A stretch of 64,000 nucleotides of DNA, from assembly GCA_902599495.1 (NCBI GenBank), contig CACKFY010000002.1:55760-119759 (forward strand). The letters run 5' to 3'. The stretch comes from an uncultured Pelagibacteraceae bacterium (GTDB taxonomy: Bacteria > Pseudomonadota > Alphaproteobacteria > Pelagibacterales > Pelagibacteraceae). Shown here piece after piece: positions 10,912-21,523 of the stretch. The notes under the pieces are model-generated. The model was not told the DNA's origin and did not search any database. It saw nothing but the letters and a program-made list of their open reading frames with translations. The position numbers were made by a program, and so were the translations under genes. Each line of letters opens with the position of its first letter. Position 1 is the stretch's first letter.

Positions 10912-12213
10912 ATGTCTAGTGAAAGTATAAATCCTGGAGCTTTCAGTCACGCTACTGATTTAAAAAATAGAATTTTATTTACTATATTATTGCTCATTGT
11001 TTATAGATTGGGCACGTACATACCTCTTTCAGGAATAGACCCAGACGCTCTTAAAGAAATGATGTCAAATAGTCAGAAAGGTCTTCTTGGGATGTTTAAT
11101 ATGTTTTCGGGCGGTGCAGTGACAAGAATGGCTATATTCGCTCTTGGCATAATGCCCTATATTTCTTCTTCTATCATAGTTCAGTTATTAACTGGCACTT
11201 CTGATTATTTTAAAAACTTAAAAGAACAAGGCGAAATTGGAAGAAAAAAAATTACACAAATAACAAGATACGGAACTGTGCTAATTTCGGGGCTTCAAGG
11301 TTATGGCGTTGCTGTAGGAATAGAAAATGCTGGTAATTTAGTTTTAGAGCCAGGTATGTATTTTAGAGTAACTACGACTATTTCATTAGTGGCAGGAACG
11401 ACTTTTTTAATGTGGTTAGGTGAACAAATAACTTTAAGAGGAATAGGTAATGGAATTTCTCTAATAATTTTTTCAGGAATTGTAGCTGAAATTCCAAGAG
11501 CTTTAGCATCAACTTTTGAACTGGGAAGAACAGGAGCACTCTCAGCAGTTATGATTGTTGGTATTTTTTTATTAGTAATTGTGACTGTATTATTTATAGT
11601 CTTTTTTGAAAGAGCAGTAAGAAAAATTTTGATTAATTATCCAAAAAGACAAATGGGTAATAAAATATATGGTGGAGAGTCATCGCATTTGCCTTTAAAA
11701 ATAAACACTGCCGGAGTAATACCAGCAATCTTTGCATCAGCCTTGCTATTATTACCTGTTACAATGAGCAACTTTGCTTTCGCAGACTCTGATTTTTTTA
11801 TTAATATTTCATCCCTATTTACTCAAGGTCAGCCTTTGTATATGTCACTATATGCGTTTGGAATTATCTTCTTTTCCTTTTTTTACACTTCAATTGTTTT
11901 TAATCCAAAAGAAACAGCGGAGAATTTAAGAAAATACGGAGGTTATATTCCAGGAATAAGACCAGGTGAAAGATCTGCAGAATATATAGAAAGTATTTTA
12001 ACTAGACTAACAACTATCGGAGCTATGTATTTGACTGTAGTATGCTTAATGCCAGAGTTTCTTATTGCAAAATATCCTATACCTTTTTATCTTGGAGGGA
12101 CTTCAATTTTAATAGTTGTTGTAGTAGCTATGGACACTGTTACACAAGTTCAAACAAGACTAATGAGCTCTCAATATGAGTCTCTTATTAAAAAAGCAAA
12201 ATTCGGGAAATAG
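10912..12213 (+). CDS. secY: Preprotein translocase subunit SecY
   Basis: FALGIMPYISSSII, GIGNGISLIIF, IPGIRPG, GGTSILIVV. Confidence 0.99.
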   Translation: MSSESINPGAFSHATDLKNRILFTILLLIVYRLGTYIPLSGIDPDALKEMMSNSQKGLLGMFNMFSGGAVTRMAIFALGIMPYISSSIIVQLLTGTSDYFKNLKEQGEIGRKKITQITRYGTVLISGLQGYGVAVGIENAGNLVLEPGMYFRVTTTISLVAGTTFLMWLGEQITLRGIGNGISLIIFSGIVAEIPRALASTFELGRTGALSAVMIVGIFLLVIVTVLFIVFFERAVRKILINYPKRQMGNKIYGGESSHLPLKINTAGVIPAIFASALLLLPVTMSNFAFADSDFFINISSLFTQGQPLYMSLYAFGIIFFSFFYTSIVFNPKETAENLRKYGGYIPGIRPGERSAEYIESILTRLTTIGAMYLTVVCLMPEFLIAKYPIPFYLGGTSILIVVVVAMDTVTQVQTRLMSSQYESLIKKAKFGK

Positions 12214-12217
12214 TTAA

Positions 12218-12784
12218 ATGAACTTAGTTATTTTTGGACCACCTGGAGCAGGTAAAGGAACACAATCAAAATTTATAGTAGAAAAATATAATATGTATCA
12301 ATTATCAACAGGTGAGTATTTGAGAAATGAAATATTAAAAAATACAGAAATAGGAAAAAAAATTTCTGCTGTAATAAATTCAGGTTCACTTGTATCTGAT
12401 GAGATTGTCTCTGATTTAATAGAAAAAGCTATTGCAAATAACAATTATAAAAATAGAATTATATTTGACGGTTATCCTAGAAATTTAAATCAAGCTAAAA
12501 ATTTAGATAATTTATTAAAAAAATATAAACAAAAAATAGATATTGTTTTAAAATTATCTGTTAGTTTAGAAACTATAAAAAAAAGAATTTCAGAAAGACG
12601 TAGTCTAGAGAAAAGACCTGACGATAATGAAGAAATTGCAATAAAAAGATATAAGACTTATGAAAAAACCACTGAACCTGTGATTGAATATTATAAAAAT
12701 TTGAATTTATTAAAAGTCATTGACGGTGAAAGACAAATTGATCAAATAAATAAAGAAATAAGCGAAATTATTGACTTTATATAG
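12218..12784 (+). CDS. adk: Adenylate kinase (short, LID-less type)
   Basis: GPPGAGKGTQ, FDGYPRN, RPDD; 188 aa. Confidence 0.97.
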   Translation: MNLVIFGPPGAGKGTQSKFIVEKYNMYQLSTGEYLRNEILKNTEIGKKISAVINSGSLVSDEIVSDLIEKAIANNNYKNRIIFDGYPRNLNQAKNLDNLLKKYKQKIDIVLKLSVSLETIKKRISERRSLEKRPDDNEEIAIKRYKTYEKTTEPVIEYYKNLNLLKVIDGERQIDQINKEISEIIDFI

Positions 12785-12786
12785 GG

Positions 12787-12820
12787 TTGACTTTAATTGA
12801 TAACGCCATATAAATACGCC
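12787..12820 (+). promoter_or_regulatory. Putative sigma70 promoter of the alpha operon (rpsM-rpsK-rpoA-rplQ)
   Basis: TTGACT (12787-12792), 16 nt, TATAAA (12809-12814), then a CGCC discriminator-like tract, in the largest gap of the ribosomal cluster. Confidence 0.6.
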
Positions 12821-12844
12821 ATTAGTAAATAAACCCTTTATAAT

Positions 12845-13228
12845 ATGGCTCGAATAGCAGGAATTAATATTCCACAAAATAAAATTGTCAGTATAGCTTT
12901 AACTTATATTCATGGCGTTGGACTATACTCCTCAAAAAAAATATGTAAAAAATTGAATATTTCCGAAAGCACAAGAGTAAATCAGCTCACAGAGGAACAA
13001 GTACTTAAAATTCGTGAATATATCGATGCTAACCACAAAGTTGAAGGTGATTTGAGGAGAGAAATTTCAGTAAATATTAAAAGATTAGTTGATTTAGCTA
13101 CCTACAGAGGAAGTAGACACAAAAAAAAATTGCCAGTCCGTGGTCAAAGAACACATTGTAATGCGAGAACTAGAAAAGGCAAAGCTATAGCAATAGCAGG
13201 AAAAAAATTAACTCCTCTTAAGAAATAA
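12845..13228 (+). CDS. rpsM: 30S ribosomal protein S13
   Basis: [27 protein letters not shown]. Confidence 0.98.
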   Translation: MARIAGINIPQNKIVSIALTYIHGVGLYSSKKICKKLNISESTRVNQLTEEQVLKIREYIDANHKVEGDLRREISVNIKRLVDLATYRGSRHKKKLPVRGQRTHCNARTRKGKAIAIAGKKLTPLKK

Positions 13229-13230
13229 TT

Positions 13231-13671
13231 ATGAATAAAAAAATTGAAAAAAAAAAAGTTGAAGACAACCAAGAATTAAAAAAAAAAGAGACACAATTTA
13301 AAAAAAAGAAAAAAATCAAAAGAAATATCACATCTGGTATAGCTTTTGTTAATTCAACTTTTAATAACACAATTATTTCTATAGCTGACGAAACAGGAAA
13401 TGTAATATCTTGGTCCTCAGCTGGAGCAAAAGGATTTAAAGGTTCTCGAAAATCAACACCTTATGCAGCTCAAGTTGCTGCAGACGATGCAGGAGCCAAA
13501 GCTTATGAGATGGGCTTAAGAACTTTAACTGTTCAAGTAAAAGGCCCTGGCTCAGGAAGAGAAACAGCCTTAAGGTCTTTGCAGTCAAAAGGATTTAAAA
13601 TAATTTCAATTAAAGACACAACGCCTATGCCACATAATGGGACGAGGCCGCCAAAAAAAAGGAGAGTTTAA
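13231..13671 (+). CDS. rpsK: 30S ribosomal protein S11 (Lys-rich N-terminal extension)
   Basis: [37 protein letters not shown]. Confidence 0.98.
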   Translation: MNKKIEKKKVEDNQELKKKETQFKKKKKIKRNITSGIAFVNSTFNNTIISIADETGNVISWSSAGAKGFKGSRKSTPYAAQVAADDAGAKAYEMGLRTLTVQVKGPGSGRETALRSLQSKGFKIISIKDTTPMPHNGTRPPKKRRV

Positions 13672-14705
13672 TGGAAGCAAGTTCAAGTATAATAGATAAA
13701 AATTGGAAAGATTTGATAAAACCCAATAAATTAAATATAACAAGCAATGACGACAAATCAACAGCAGTTGTAGTAGCAGAACCATTAGAAAAAGGATTTG
13801 GTCAAACTATCGGCAATTCTCTTAGAAGAATTCTTTTATCATCAATTCAAGGAGCAGCAGTTACTGCGATCCAAATTGATGGAGTGTTACATGAATTTTC
13901 CTCAATAAAAGGTGTAAGGGAAGATGTTACGGACATAGTTTTAAATGTTAAAAATTTAGCAATTAAATGCAATTCTTCAAACGCTAAAAAAATTGTTTTA
14001 GATATTAAAGGGCCTAAAGAAGTAAAAGCTAAAGATATAACGTTAGTTCCCGAGGTTGAAATTTTAAATCCTGAACAAACAATTTGTAATGTTGATGAAA
14101 AAACAAATTTTCATATGGAATTGTTTGTAAACTCAGGCAAAGGATATGTGCCAGCGCCTAAAAATAGATCAGAGGACAGTCCATTAGGATTAATTTCAAT
14201 TGACTCATTGTTTAGTCCAGTAAAAAAAGTTTCTTTTTCTATTGAGAATACTAGAGCAGGAAGTGCTTTGGATTATGACAAACTCATTATGAATGTAGAA
14301 ACTAATGGAACAGTTGCAGCAGAAGATGCCATAGCCTATTCTGCAAGAATATTTCAAGATCAACTTTCAATGTTTGTGAATTTTGAAGATCCGAAAGAAA
14401 TTGTTAAAGAGGTAAAATCATCGGAACCAGAATTTAATAAAAATTTACTTAAGAGAGTTGAAGAATTGGAATTATCAGTGAGATCAATGAATTGTCTTAA
14501 AAATGATAATATTATTTATATTGGAGATTTAGTTCAAAAAACCGAACCTGAGATGTTAAGAACTCCAAATTTTGGTCGAAAATCTCTCAATGAAATAAAA
14601 GAAGTTTTAAATACAATGTCACTTTATTTAGGTATGGAGATTCCAAATTGGCCACCAGATAACATTGCTGAAATGTCAAAAAAACTTGAGGAAAATAGTT
14701 ATTAA
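13671..14705 (+). CDS. rpoA: RNA polymerase alpha subunit
   Basis: [46 protein letters not shown]. Confidence 0.99.
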   Translation: MEASSSIIDKNWKDLIKPNKLNITSNDDKSTAVVVAEPLEKGFGQTIGNSLRRILLSSIQGAAVTAIQIDGVLHEFSSIKGVREDVTDIVLNVKNLAIKCNSSNAKKIVLDIKGPKEVKAKDITLVPEVEILNPEQTICNVDEKTNFHMELFVNSGKGYVPAPKNRSEDSPLGLISIDSLFSPVKKVSFSIENTRAGSALDYDKLIMNVETNGTVAAEDAIAYSARIFQDQLSMFVNFEDPKEIVKEVKSSEPEFNKNLLKRVEELELSVRSMNCLKNDNIIYIGDLVQKTEPEMLRTPNFGRKSLNEIKEVLNTMSLYLGMEIPNWPPDNIAEMSKKLEENSY

Positions 14706-15148
14706 TGAGACATAATTTAGGTTACAGAAAATTAAACAAAACGTCTGAGCACAGAAAAGCTTTATTTAAAAATATGCTTAATTCTTTAATAAAGTATGAG
14801 CAAATAATTACCACTTTACCAAAAGCAAAAGAGTTAAAACCACAAATAGATAAGGTAATTACTATAGGAAAAAAAAAAGATTTAAGTAATAAAAAAAAAC
14901 TCTTTTCCAAGTTACAAAACCAATCATCTGTAAAGAAAGTTTTTAATGAATTATCAAAAAGATACAGCAAAAGAAATGGCGGTTATTCGAGAGTCTTAAA
15001 AGCAGGATTTAGAACAGGAGATGACGCACCTATGGCTGTTATTGAGTTAGTTGATAGAAACTTAGAAGCAAAAAAAATAGACAAACCAAAAAAAGTAAAC
15101 AACAAAGAAAAGAAAAACCCTGAAGACGCACAATTAGCAAGTAAATAA
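14705..15148 (+). CDS. rplQ: 50S ribosomal protein L17
   Basis: MRH...[35 protein letters not shown]. Confidence 0.98.
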   Translation: MRHNLGYRKLNKTSEHRKALFKNMLNSLIKYEQIITTLPKAKELKPQIDKVITIGKKKDLSNKKKLFSKLQNQSSVKKVFNELSKRYSKRNGGYSRVLKAGFRTGDDAPMAVIELVDRNLEAKKIDKPKKVNNKEKKNPEDAQLASK

Positions 15149-15156
15149 TTTTTTAC

Positions 15157-16059
15157 ATGCCGGATAAGTTCATAGTAAATAAGGACTATAATAACTCACG
15201 TTTTGACAGATGGTTTAAAGAAGTAATCGTTAATATTCCAAATTCATTAATTCAAAAATTATTAAGAAAAAATAAAATTAAAGTAAATAATAAAAAAATT
15301 AAAAGCTCATTTAGACTTACCGAAGGAGATAATGTGCTAGTTTTTAATCTTTCAAATTATAAAGCAACTAATTTGAAAAAAAAAATACAGTATATTCCAT
15401 CAGAAAAGGAAAAGAATACATTCAGTAATCATGTTATCTATGATGGGAATGATTATATTGTAATAAACAAACCGAGAGGTATATCAGTTCAATCTGGTAC
15501 AAATAATCTTAAAAATATTATTGATACTTTAAAAAAGACAAAACTTTTTATTAATTCAAAACCATATGTAGTTCATAGACTAGATAAAGAAACAACTGGT
15601 ATTTTTTTAGTTGCAAAAAATAAAGAAGCTGCACAATTTTTTACCTCATTGTTTCGTTTAAGAAGAATACATAAAACTTATATTGCCGTCGTAAGAGGAT
15701 CTATACCAAAAAATTTAAAAAAAATGGAAGATACTTTAGAATATTACGAAAAAAATAAAAAAATCAAATTAAAGGCCATTACCTTTTTAAAAGTTCTCAA
15801 AACAAATGATAAATATTCTTTTGTAGAGTTAAACCCCAAAACTGGGAGAAAACATCAATTGAGAAGACAACTATTTATGAGAGGGTTCCCAATAATTGGA
15901 GATCAAAAATATCATGAAGATGATAATAAAAAAAATAGAAACAAGTCTATGCTTCTTCATTCTTATAAAATTAAATTTATGAAAAACGAAAAAAAATATA
16001 ATTATATAGCTCAATTAGATAATGAATTTAAAAAAAAGTTAAATTTATATTTTAGATAA
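15157..16059 (+). CDS. RluA-family pseudouridine synthase with S4 domain (RluC-like)
   Basis: NKPRGISVQ, HRLDKETTG catalytic motif, TGRKHQLR, PIIGDQKY. Confidence 0.9.
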   Translation: MPDKFIVNKDYNNSRFDRWFKEVIVNIPNSLIQKLLRKNKIKVNNKKIKSSFRLTEGDNVLVFNLSNYKATNLKKKIQYIPSEKEKNTFSNHVIYDGNDYIVINKPRGISVQSGTNNLKNIIDTLKKTKLFINSKPYVVHRLDKETTGIFLVAKNKEAAQFFTSLFRLRRIHKTYIAVVRGSIPKNLKKMEDTLEYYEKNKKIKLKAITFLKVLKTNDKYSFVELNPKTGRKHQLRRQLFMRGFPIIGDQKYHEDDNKKNRNKSMLLHSYKIKFMKNEKKYNYIAQLDNEFKKKLNLYFR

Positions 16060-16656
16060 ATTTTTTGTAAAAATATTTTTTATTTTTTTGTCTAGATTAT
16101 TTATTTTTATAACACCCAAATCTTTCATTGACGTTATTAATTTATTGTCTAATCCACACGGCACAATTTTTTTATAATAGTTAAGATTATTATTTATATT
16201 TATTGAACAACCATGGTAGGCAATCCATTTTTTAATTCTTATTCCTATGGCCGCAATTTTTTTGTTTTTTACCCAAATACCTATATTTTTTCTGTCGGCG
16301 TGAGCATTAATATTGTACATTTTTAATAGCTCTATAATACTATCCTCTAAAATCTTAATAAATCTTCTTATATCTTTTTTTCTTTTATTAAGATCAATTA
16401 CAAGATAAATAATTTTTTGACCAGGATTATGTAGTGTAATTTTTCCACCTCTTTTCGTTTTTACGATTTTAATCTTTTTGTCTAAAACTTCACTTTCTTT
16501 TGAGCTTATTCCTCCTGTAAAAGTAATAGGATGCTCTAAAATCCATATTAACTCTTTTTTTAAACCTTTTTTTACACTTTCTACTCTTTCCTCAAGAACT
16601 GATATTGCCCTTCTATAAGGCACTCTTTTTCTACTAATTTTTACTTCAATGCTCAT
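16045..16656 (-). CDS. lipB: Lipoyl(octanoyl) transferase
   Basis: WILEH, RGGKITLHNPGQ, KIAAIG, HGCSIN, IVPCGL. Confidence 0.95.
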   Translation of the reverse strand: MSIEVKISRKRVPYRRAISVLEERVESVKKGLKKELIWILEHPITFTGGISSKESEVLDKKIKIVKTKRGGKITLHNPGQKIIYLVIDLNKRKKDIRRFIKILEDSIIELLKMYNINAHADRKNIGIWVKNKKIAAIGIRIKKWIAYHGCSININNNLNYYKKIVPCGLDNKLITSMKDLGVIKINNLDKKIKNIFTKNLSKI

Positions 16657-16716
16657 TTAATTTGAATTTTACCATTTTATGAACTATTAGTCTCAAAAAA
16701 GAAATTAAGGACTTTT

Positions 16717-18096
16717 ATGAGCTTAGTAAAATCAATAGGCGGTAAAAATGTAAACTTTGACTTTAATAAAGAGTTTTTAACCATTTTTAGCGACAAAATT
16801 AAATCATCAGATATTAAATTTATCAATCAAACATTAGAAGACCTTCATCCTTCTGACGTAGCCAATCTTATTGAAAATTTATCCACTGAAACAAGAGCAA
16901 AACTTATAGAAATTGAAGAATTTGATATTGACCCAGAAATCTTTGTTGAAATTAACGAGTCCATTCAAACGGAAATCTTACAAATACTTTCCTTAGAGTC
17001 TATAGCAAAAATACTTAAAAGATTAGAGTCTGACAATGCAATTTCAATTATAGAAAATTTAAGTAAAGATAAAAAAAATTCTGTTTTAGATAAATTACCA
17101 CCAAAAGATAGATTCTTGTTAGAAGAAGGATTGAGTTATCCAGAAGACTCAGCTGCCAGAATAATGCAGAGGGAATTTACTGCTGTACCAAGTGACTGGT
17201 CAGTAGGACAAACTATTGACTATTTGCGAGAGAGCAAAGATTTACCGCAGGAATTTTTAGAAATTTTTGTTGTTGATAATGATTTTAAACCAATTGGCAT
17301 TGTACCTTCCTCAAGAGTTTTAAGAACTCCAAGAGAAGAAAAGATGAAATCAATAATGAGAGAAATGCCTGTTTTAATATCTGTCAATATGGATAAAGAA
17401 GAAGTGGGACATACTTTTGAAAATTACAATCTTGTTTCTGCAGGAGTCGTAAATAAAAATAATAAATTAGTTGGAATGATCACAGCTGACGATGTAGTAA
17501 CTGTTGTCCAAGAAGAAGCCGAAGAAGATGCTTTAAGATTAGCCGGTGTAGGAGATGAGGAAATTACTGACAGTGTAGTAATTAAAACAAAAAGAAGATT
17601 TAACTGGTTACTATTAAATTTATTTACTGCTTTATTAGCTACTTGGGTTATTAGCTTATTTGGGGCATCTATAGAACAAATGGTAGCGCTAGCTTTTCTA
17701 ATGCCAATAGTTGCTTCAATGGGAGGCAATGCTGGAATGCAGACTTTAGCTGTAACAATTAGAGCAATAGCGACTAAAGAATTATCATCAGGAAATTTTA
17801 ATAAAATTGTTGGTAAAGAGTTTTTAATAGGTATTTTAAACGGAGTCATTTTTGCAGTAATCACAGCCGTAATAGTTCAACTATGGTTTCAAGAAATAAA
17901 ACTTTCTCTTTTAATTGGGATTTCAATGATCCTGAATATGATCGTAGCCGGTTTATTTGGAATATTAGTTCCAGTATCACTAAAAAAAGTAAATATTGAC
18001 CCAGCTCTTGCATCAAGTGTATTTGTTACAACAATTACAGATGTTATAGGGTTTTTATCTTTTTTAGGAATTGGATCCTATCTTTTTTTAGGTTAA
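16717..18096 (+). CDS. mgtE: Magnesium transporter MgtE
   Basis: MgtE_N, CBS pair, MGGNAGMQ, DPALASSVFVTTITDV. Confidence 0.96.
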   Translation: MSLVKSIGGKNVNFDFNKEFLTIFSDKIKSSDIKFINQTLEDLHPSDVANLIENLSTETRAKLIEIEEFDIDPEIFVEINESIQTEILQILSLESIAKILKRLESDNAISIIENLSKDKKNSVLDKLPPKDRFLLEEGLSYPEDSAARIMQREFTAVPSDWSVGQTIDYLRESKDLPQEFLEIFVVDNDFKPIGIVPSSRVLRTPREEKMKSIMREMPVLISVNMDKEEVGHTFENYNLVSAGVVNKNNKLVGMITADDVVTVVQEEAEEDALRLAGVGDEEITDSVVIKTKRRFNWLLLNLFTALLATWVISLFGASIEQMVALAFLMPIVASMGGNAGMQTLAVTIRAIATKELSSGNFNKIVGKEFLIGILNGVIFAVITAVIVQLWFQEIKLSLLIGISMILNMIVAGLFGILVPVSLKKVNIDPALASSVFVTTITDVIGFLSFLGIGSYLFLG

Positions 18097-18911
18097 ATAT
18101 TATCAATTAATCTGACCTTATTAATGTAAAAAGCACAAAATATTTTGAAATTTTCATTATATTTTTTTGCAATCTTTAATTTTTTAATATTAATAGCATC
18201 AATATATTCAATTTTTTTTATTCCTAAGTCGTAAATCTGGTGTTTTAATTTATTAAGACTGATATTTTTAATTTTATTCTTTTTAATTTCATACTTTTCA
18301 TTTTTGATAAGTTTGAAAATTTTAATAGCGCTATTTATTTCATTATTATTAAGATGAATATTCCTTGAAGAAAAAGGTAAAAATTTTTTAAATCTTATAG
18401 TTTCACAAGGAACTATAGTTGTGTCTATCTGCTTATTTAAAATATGTTTTTTAATAAGAATCAATTGCTGAAAATCTTTTTTTCCTAAATATAAGAATTT
18501 TGGTTTAATAATTTCTAAAAATCTATTTACAACATTTAGCACGCCTTCAAAGTGTCCAGGTCTAAATTTTCCGCATAATTTTTTTGAAAATGGATGAAGA
18601 TAAATTTTATTTTTTGTTTTAAAGTTAAAAATATCTTTATAGTTTGGATAATATAAACAATCCACTTTTAATTTATTCAATAAGTTAATATCTTTTTTTA
18701 AATTACGCGGATAAGAGGAAAAATCTTTTTTGGAATTAAATTGTTTTGGATTAACAAAAATACTGACCACTAATGTTTGTTTTTTATTTTTTGCTTGCTT
18801 AATTAACTGTTCATGCCCCTTATGTAATCCCCCCATTGTAGGCACAAAAGATATGGTATTTTTACTTTTAATAAAGTTTTTAAGGTCTTTTTTTTGCCTA
18901 ATTATTTTCAT
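18093..18911 (-). CDS. panC: Pantoate--beta-alanine ligase
   Basis: FVPTMGGLHKGH, SIFVNPKQF, RPGHFEGV, GKKDFQQ, SSRN, RLIDN. Confidence 0.96.
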   Translation of the reverse strand: MKIIRQKKDLKNFIKSKNTISFVPTMGGLHKGHEQLIKQAKNKKQTLVVSIFVNPKQFNSKKDFSSYPRNLKKDINLLNKLKVDCLYYPNYKDIFNFKTKNKIYLHPFSKKLCGKFRPGHFEGVLNVVNRFLEIIKPKFLYLGKKDFQQLILIKKHILNKQIDTTIVPCETIRFKKFLPFSSRNIHLNNNEINSAIKIFKLIKNEKYEIKKNKIKNISLNKLKHQIYDLGIKKIEYIDAINIKKLKIAKKYNENFKIFCAFYINKVRLIDNI

Positions 18912-18949
18912 TTATAAAACCTAATGATATTAATTAATAAAAGAATCAT

Positions 18950-19768
18950 ATGATAAAACAAGCGATTATTCCACTAGCAGGTTTAGGCACTCGAATGTTG
19001 CCATTAACGAGTATATTTCCAAAAGAACTTTTACCCATTCACGGAAAGCCTAATCTGGAATACATACTAGAGGAATGCATCGATGCAGGCGTTAGACAAT
19101 TTATTTTTATAATATCCAATAAAAAAAAGAGTATTAAAAAATATTTTTTTAACGACAAACTTTATCTACAGATTATTAAAAAGAAAAAAGATTTACGTAT
19201 AACAAAAGAATTTAAAAAACTAAAAAAATATAGAAATAGGATTAAATTTGTTTATCAAAATCAACCGAAAGGAACAGGGGATGCTATTTTAAAGTGTAAA
19301 AAATATATTAAAGGTAAATATTTTTTGGTTTTATTACCCGATGATCTAATTATAAAAAAAAATTGTACTAAAGAAATGATAAAATTACACAACAAAATGA
19401 ATTGCTCTGTTATAGCAACTAAATCAGTAAAAAAAAAAGACGTTTCTAGATGGGGAATTCTATCCTTAAAAAACAAAAATAAAAATTATTTTAAAATTAC
19501 GGATGTAATTGAAAAACCCAAGACAAAAGAAGCACCCTCAAATTACGCAATTATTGGCAGATACATTTTACCAAAATTAATACTACGAAAAATTAAAGAA
19601 CTTAAGCCTGGTCAAGGCAATGAAATCCATATTACTGATGCGATTAAAAGTTTGATTAAAGAGAAAGAACCGTTTTATGGAAACATTTTTAAGGGAAAAT
19701 ATTTAGATTGTGGAACTTTAAATGGTTACATAAATTCTGGAATAAAAATATCAAGGGAAAAAAAATGA
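18950..19768 (+). CDS. galU: UTP--glucose-1-phosphate uridylyltransferase
   Basis: AGLGTRMLP...PKELLP, IEKP, IGRYIL, EIHITDAI, YLDCG. Confidence 0.88.
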   Translation: MIKQAIIPLAGLGTRMLPLTSIFPKELLPIHGKPNLEYILEECIDAGVRQFIFIISNKKKSIKKYFFNDKLYLQIIKKKKDLRITKEFKKLKKYRNRIKFVYQNQPKGTGDAILKCKKYIKGKYFLVLLPDDLIIKKNCTKEMIKLHNKMNCSVIATKSVKKKDVSRWGILSLKNKNKNYFKITDVIEKPKTKEAPSNYAIIGRYILPKLILRKIKELKPGQGNEIHITDAIKSLIKEKEPFYGNIFKGKYLDCGTLNGYINSGIKISREKK

Positions 19769-21069
19769 ATTTGTGCATGATAGGAACTGGTTACGTTGGA
19801 TTAGTAAGCGGAACATGTTTTGCAGATTTAGGTAATAAAGTTATTTGTGTAGACAAGGATATTAAAAAGATTAATAAACTTAATTCTGGTTTTTCACCGA
19901 TTTATGAACCTGGTTTAGACGAGCTTATCAAAAAAAATTATAATGCAGGAAGATTAAAATTTACAACTGAAATCAAAAAAGCAGTATCACAATCAGAACT
20001 TATTTTTATTTGCGTTGGTACACCAAATAAAAAAAAATCCCAAGAAGTTGATTTGTCCTATGTATTTAAAGCAGTAAAAGAAATAGCAAAGTGCACTAAA
20101 AAGAAAAAAATTATCATCACTAAATCAACAGTCCCAGTAGGAACAGGAGACAAAATCGAAAAAATACTTAAAAAACTTAAAAGGAAAAATATAGACATTA
20201 TTTCAAATCCTGAATTTTTGAGAGAGGGAGAGGCCGTGAGAGATTTTCGATTTCCCGATAGAATTGTAATAGGATCAAACAAAAAAAAATATTTTAAAAC
20301 TTTAAAAAAACTTTACCAACCCTTAATTAATAAAGGAGCACTTTTCTTTACTACTTCAAGAAGAGGAGCTGAATTGATAAAATATGCATCTAATGCATTC
20401 CTAGCAACAAAAATTACTTTTATAAATGAATTAGCAAATTTATGTGAAAAAGCAGACATAAATGTTCAAGATATATCATTAGGTATGGGTAGCGATATAA
20501 GAATTGGAGGTAGATTTTTAAGAGCTGGACCAGCTTATGGTGGATCTTGCTTTCCTAAAGATACTAAAGGTTTAGTGTCAACTGGTAAGAAGTTTAATAC
20601 AGAGTTATCAATAGTTAAAAGCGTGATAAAATCAAATGAAAACAGAAAAATATTACACATCAATAGAATTAAAAAAATTTTAGGTGCATTAAAGGGAAAA
20701 AAGATTGTTTTTTTAGGAGTTACTTTCAAACCAAACACTGATGATATGAGAGACTCGGTAAGTCTTAAAATGATACCTTATTTTTGTAATAAGGGAGCCA
20801 CAATAACTTATTATGATCCAACTGGTCCAAAGAGCAGTTTTAGTAATTTAAAAAATTGTAAGTATATTAAAGATATAAATTTAGCTTGTAAAAATGCTGA
20901 TTTAATAATTTTGCACACTGAATGGGATGAGTTTAAGTCTTTGGAATTTAATAAGATAGTTAAAAATAAAAAGTTTAAAATATTTGATCTTCGAAATTTA
21001 TATAATTTTTCTGACATGAAAAATAAAAAAATAAAGTATTTTTCCGTAGGTAGACCAGATATTATTTAA
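19765..21069 (+). CDS. ugd: UDP-glucose 6-dehydrogenase (start ATG 19765)
   Basis: GTGYVGL, SNPEFLREG, YGGSCFPKD, FKPNTDDMR. Confidence 0.95.
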   Translation: MNLCMIGTGYVGLVSGTCFADLGNKVICVDKDIKKINKLNSGFSPIYEPGLDELIKKNYNAGRLKFTTEIKKAVSQSELIFICVGTPNKKKSQEVDLSYVFKAVKEIAKCTKKKKIIITKSTVPVGTGDKIEKILKKLKRKNIDIISNPEFLREGEAVRDFRFPDRIVIGSNKKKYFKTLKKLYQPLINKGALFFTTSRRGAELIKYASNAFLATKITFINELANLCEKADINVQDISLGMGSDIRIGGRFLRAGPAYGGSCFPKDTKGLVSTGKKFNTELSIVKSVIKSNENRKILHINRIKKILGALKGKKIVFLGVTFKPNTDDMRDSVSLKMIPYFCNKGATITYYDPTGPKSSFSNLKNCKYIKDINLACKNADLIILHTEWDEFKSLEFNKIVKNKKFKIFDLRNLYNFSDMKNKKIKYFSVGRPDII

Positions 21070-21523
21070 TTTCAAAAATTGACACTATCTCAACAGCTGC
21101 TCCTAGAGGCAAAGAGTTAGAACTCACCGCCGATCTTGTATGGACACCTAAATTACCAAACACTTCAGTTATTAGTTCCGAGGCTCCATTAATAACTTTT
21201 GGTTGATCAATAAAATTATCTGCTGAATTAACATATCCAGCTAGCTGTATACAAGATTTAACATTATCTAAATTACCATTACATGCTTTTTTTAATTGAG
21301 CAATTATATTAATACAACATGTTCTTGCAGCAAGTTGCCCCTTTTTTAAATCAATATCTGAACCAACTTTTCCCTTTATTAAGTTCCCATTTTTTTCTAT
21401 AGAAATTTGACCAGAGATAAATAAAAGGTTACCTGACCTTTTATAAGCTACGTATGAGCCAACGGGAGCAGGGGCTTCTGGCAATTCAATTTTTAAACTT
21501 TTAAGTTTTTCTAAAATACTCAC
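21062..21523 (-). CDS. RidA/YjgF/UK114-family protein
   Basis: PAPVGSYV, ISGQI, VINGASEL, HTRSAV...LPLGAAVE. Confidence 0.9.
   Translation of the reverse strand: MSILEKLKSLKIELPEAPAPVGSYVAYKRSGNLLFISGQISIEKNGNLIKGKVGSDIDLKKGQLAARTCCINIIAQLKKACNGNLDNVKSCIQLAGYVNSADNFIDQPKVINGASELITEVFGNLGVHTRSAVSSNSLPLGAAVEIVSIFEIK

Noticed and set aside
13245-13320. Long poly-A runs as possible slippage or phase-variation sites
   Set aside because: Explained by AAA Lys codons; reading frames are intact throughout
17424-17864. 146-aa minus-strand ORF
   Set aside because: Antisense to the conserved membrane domain of mgtE
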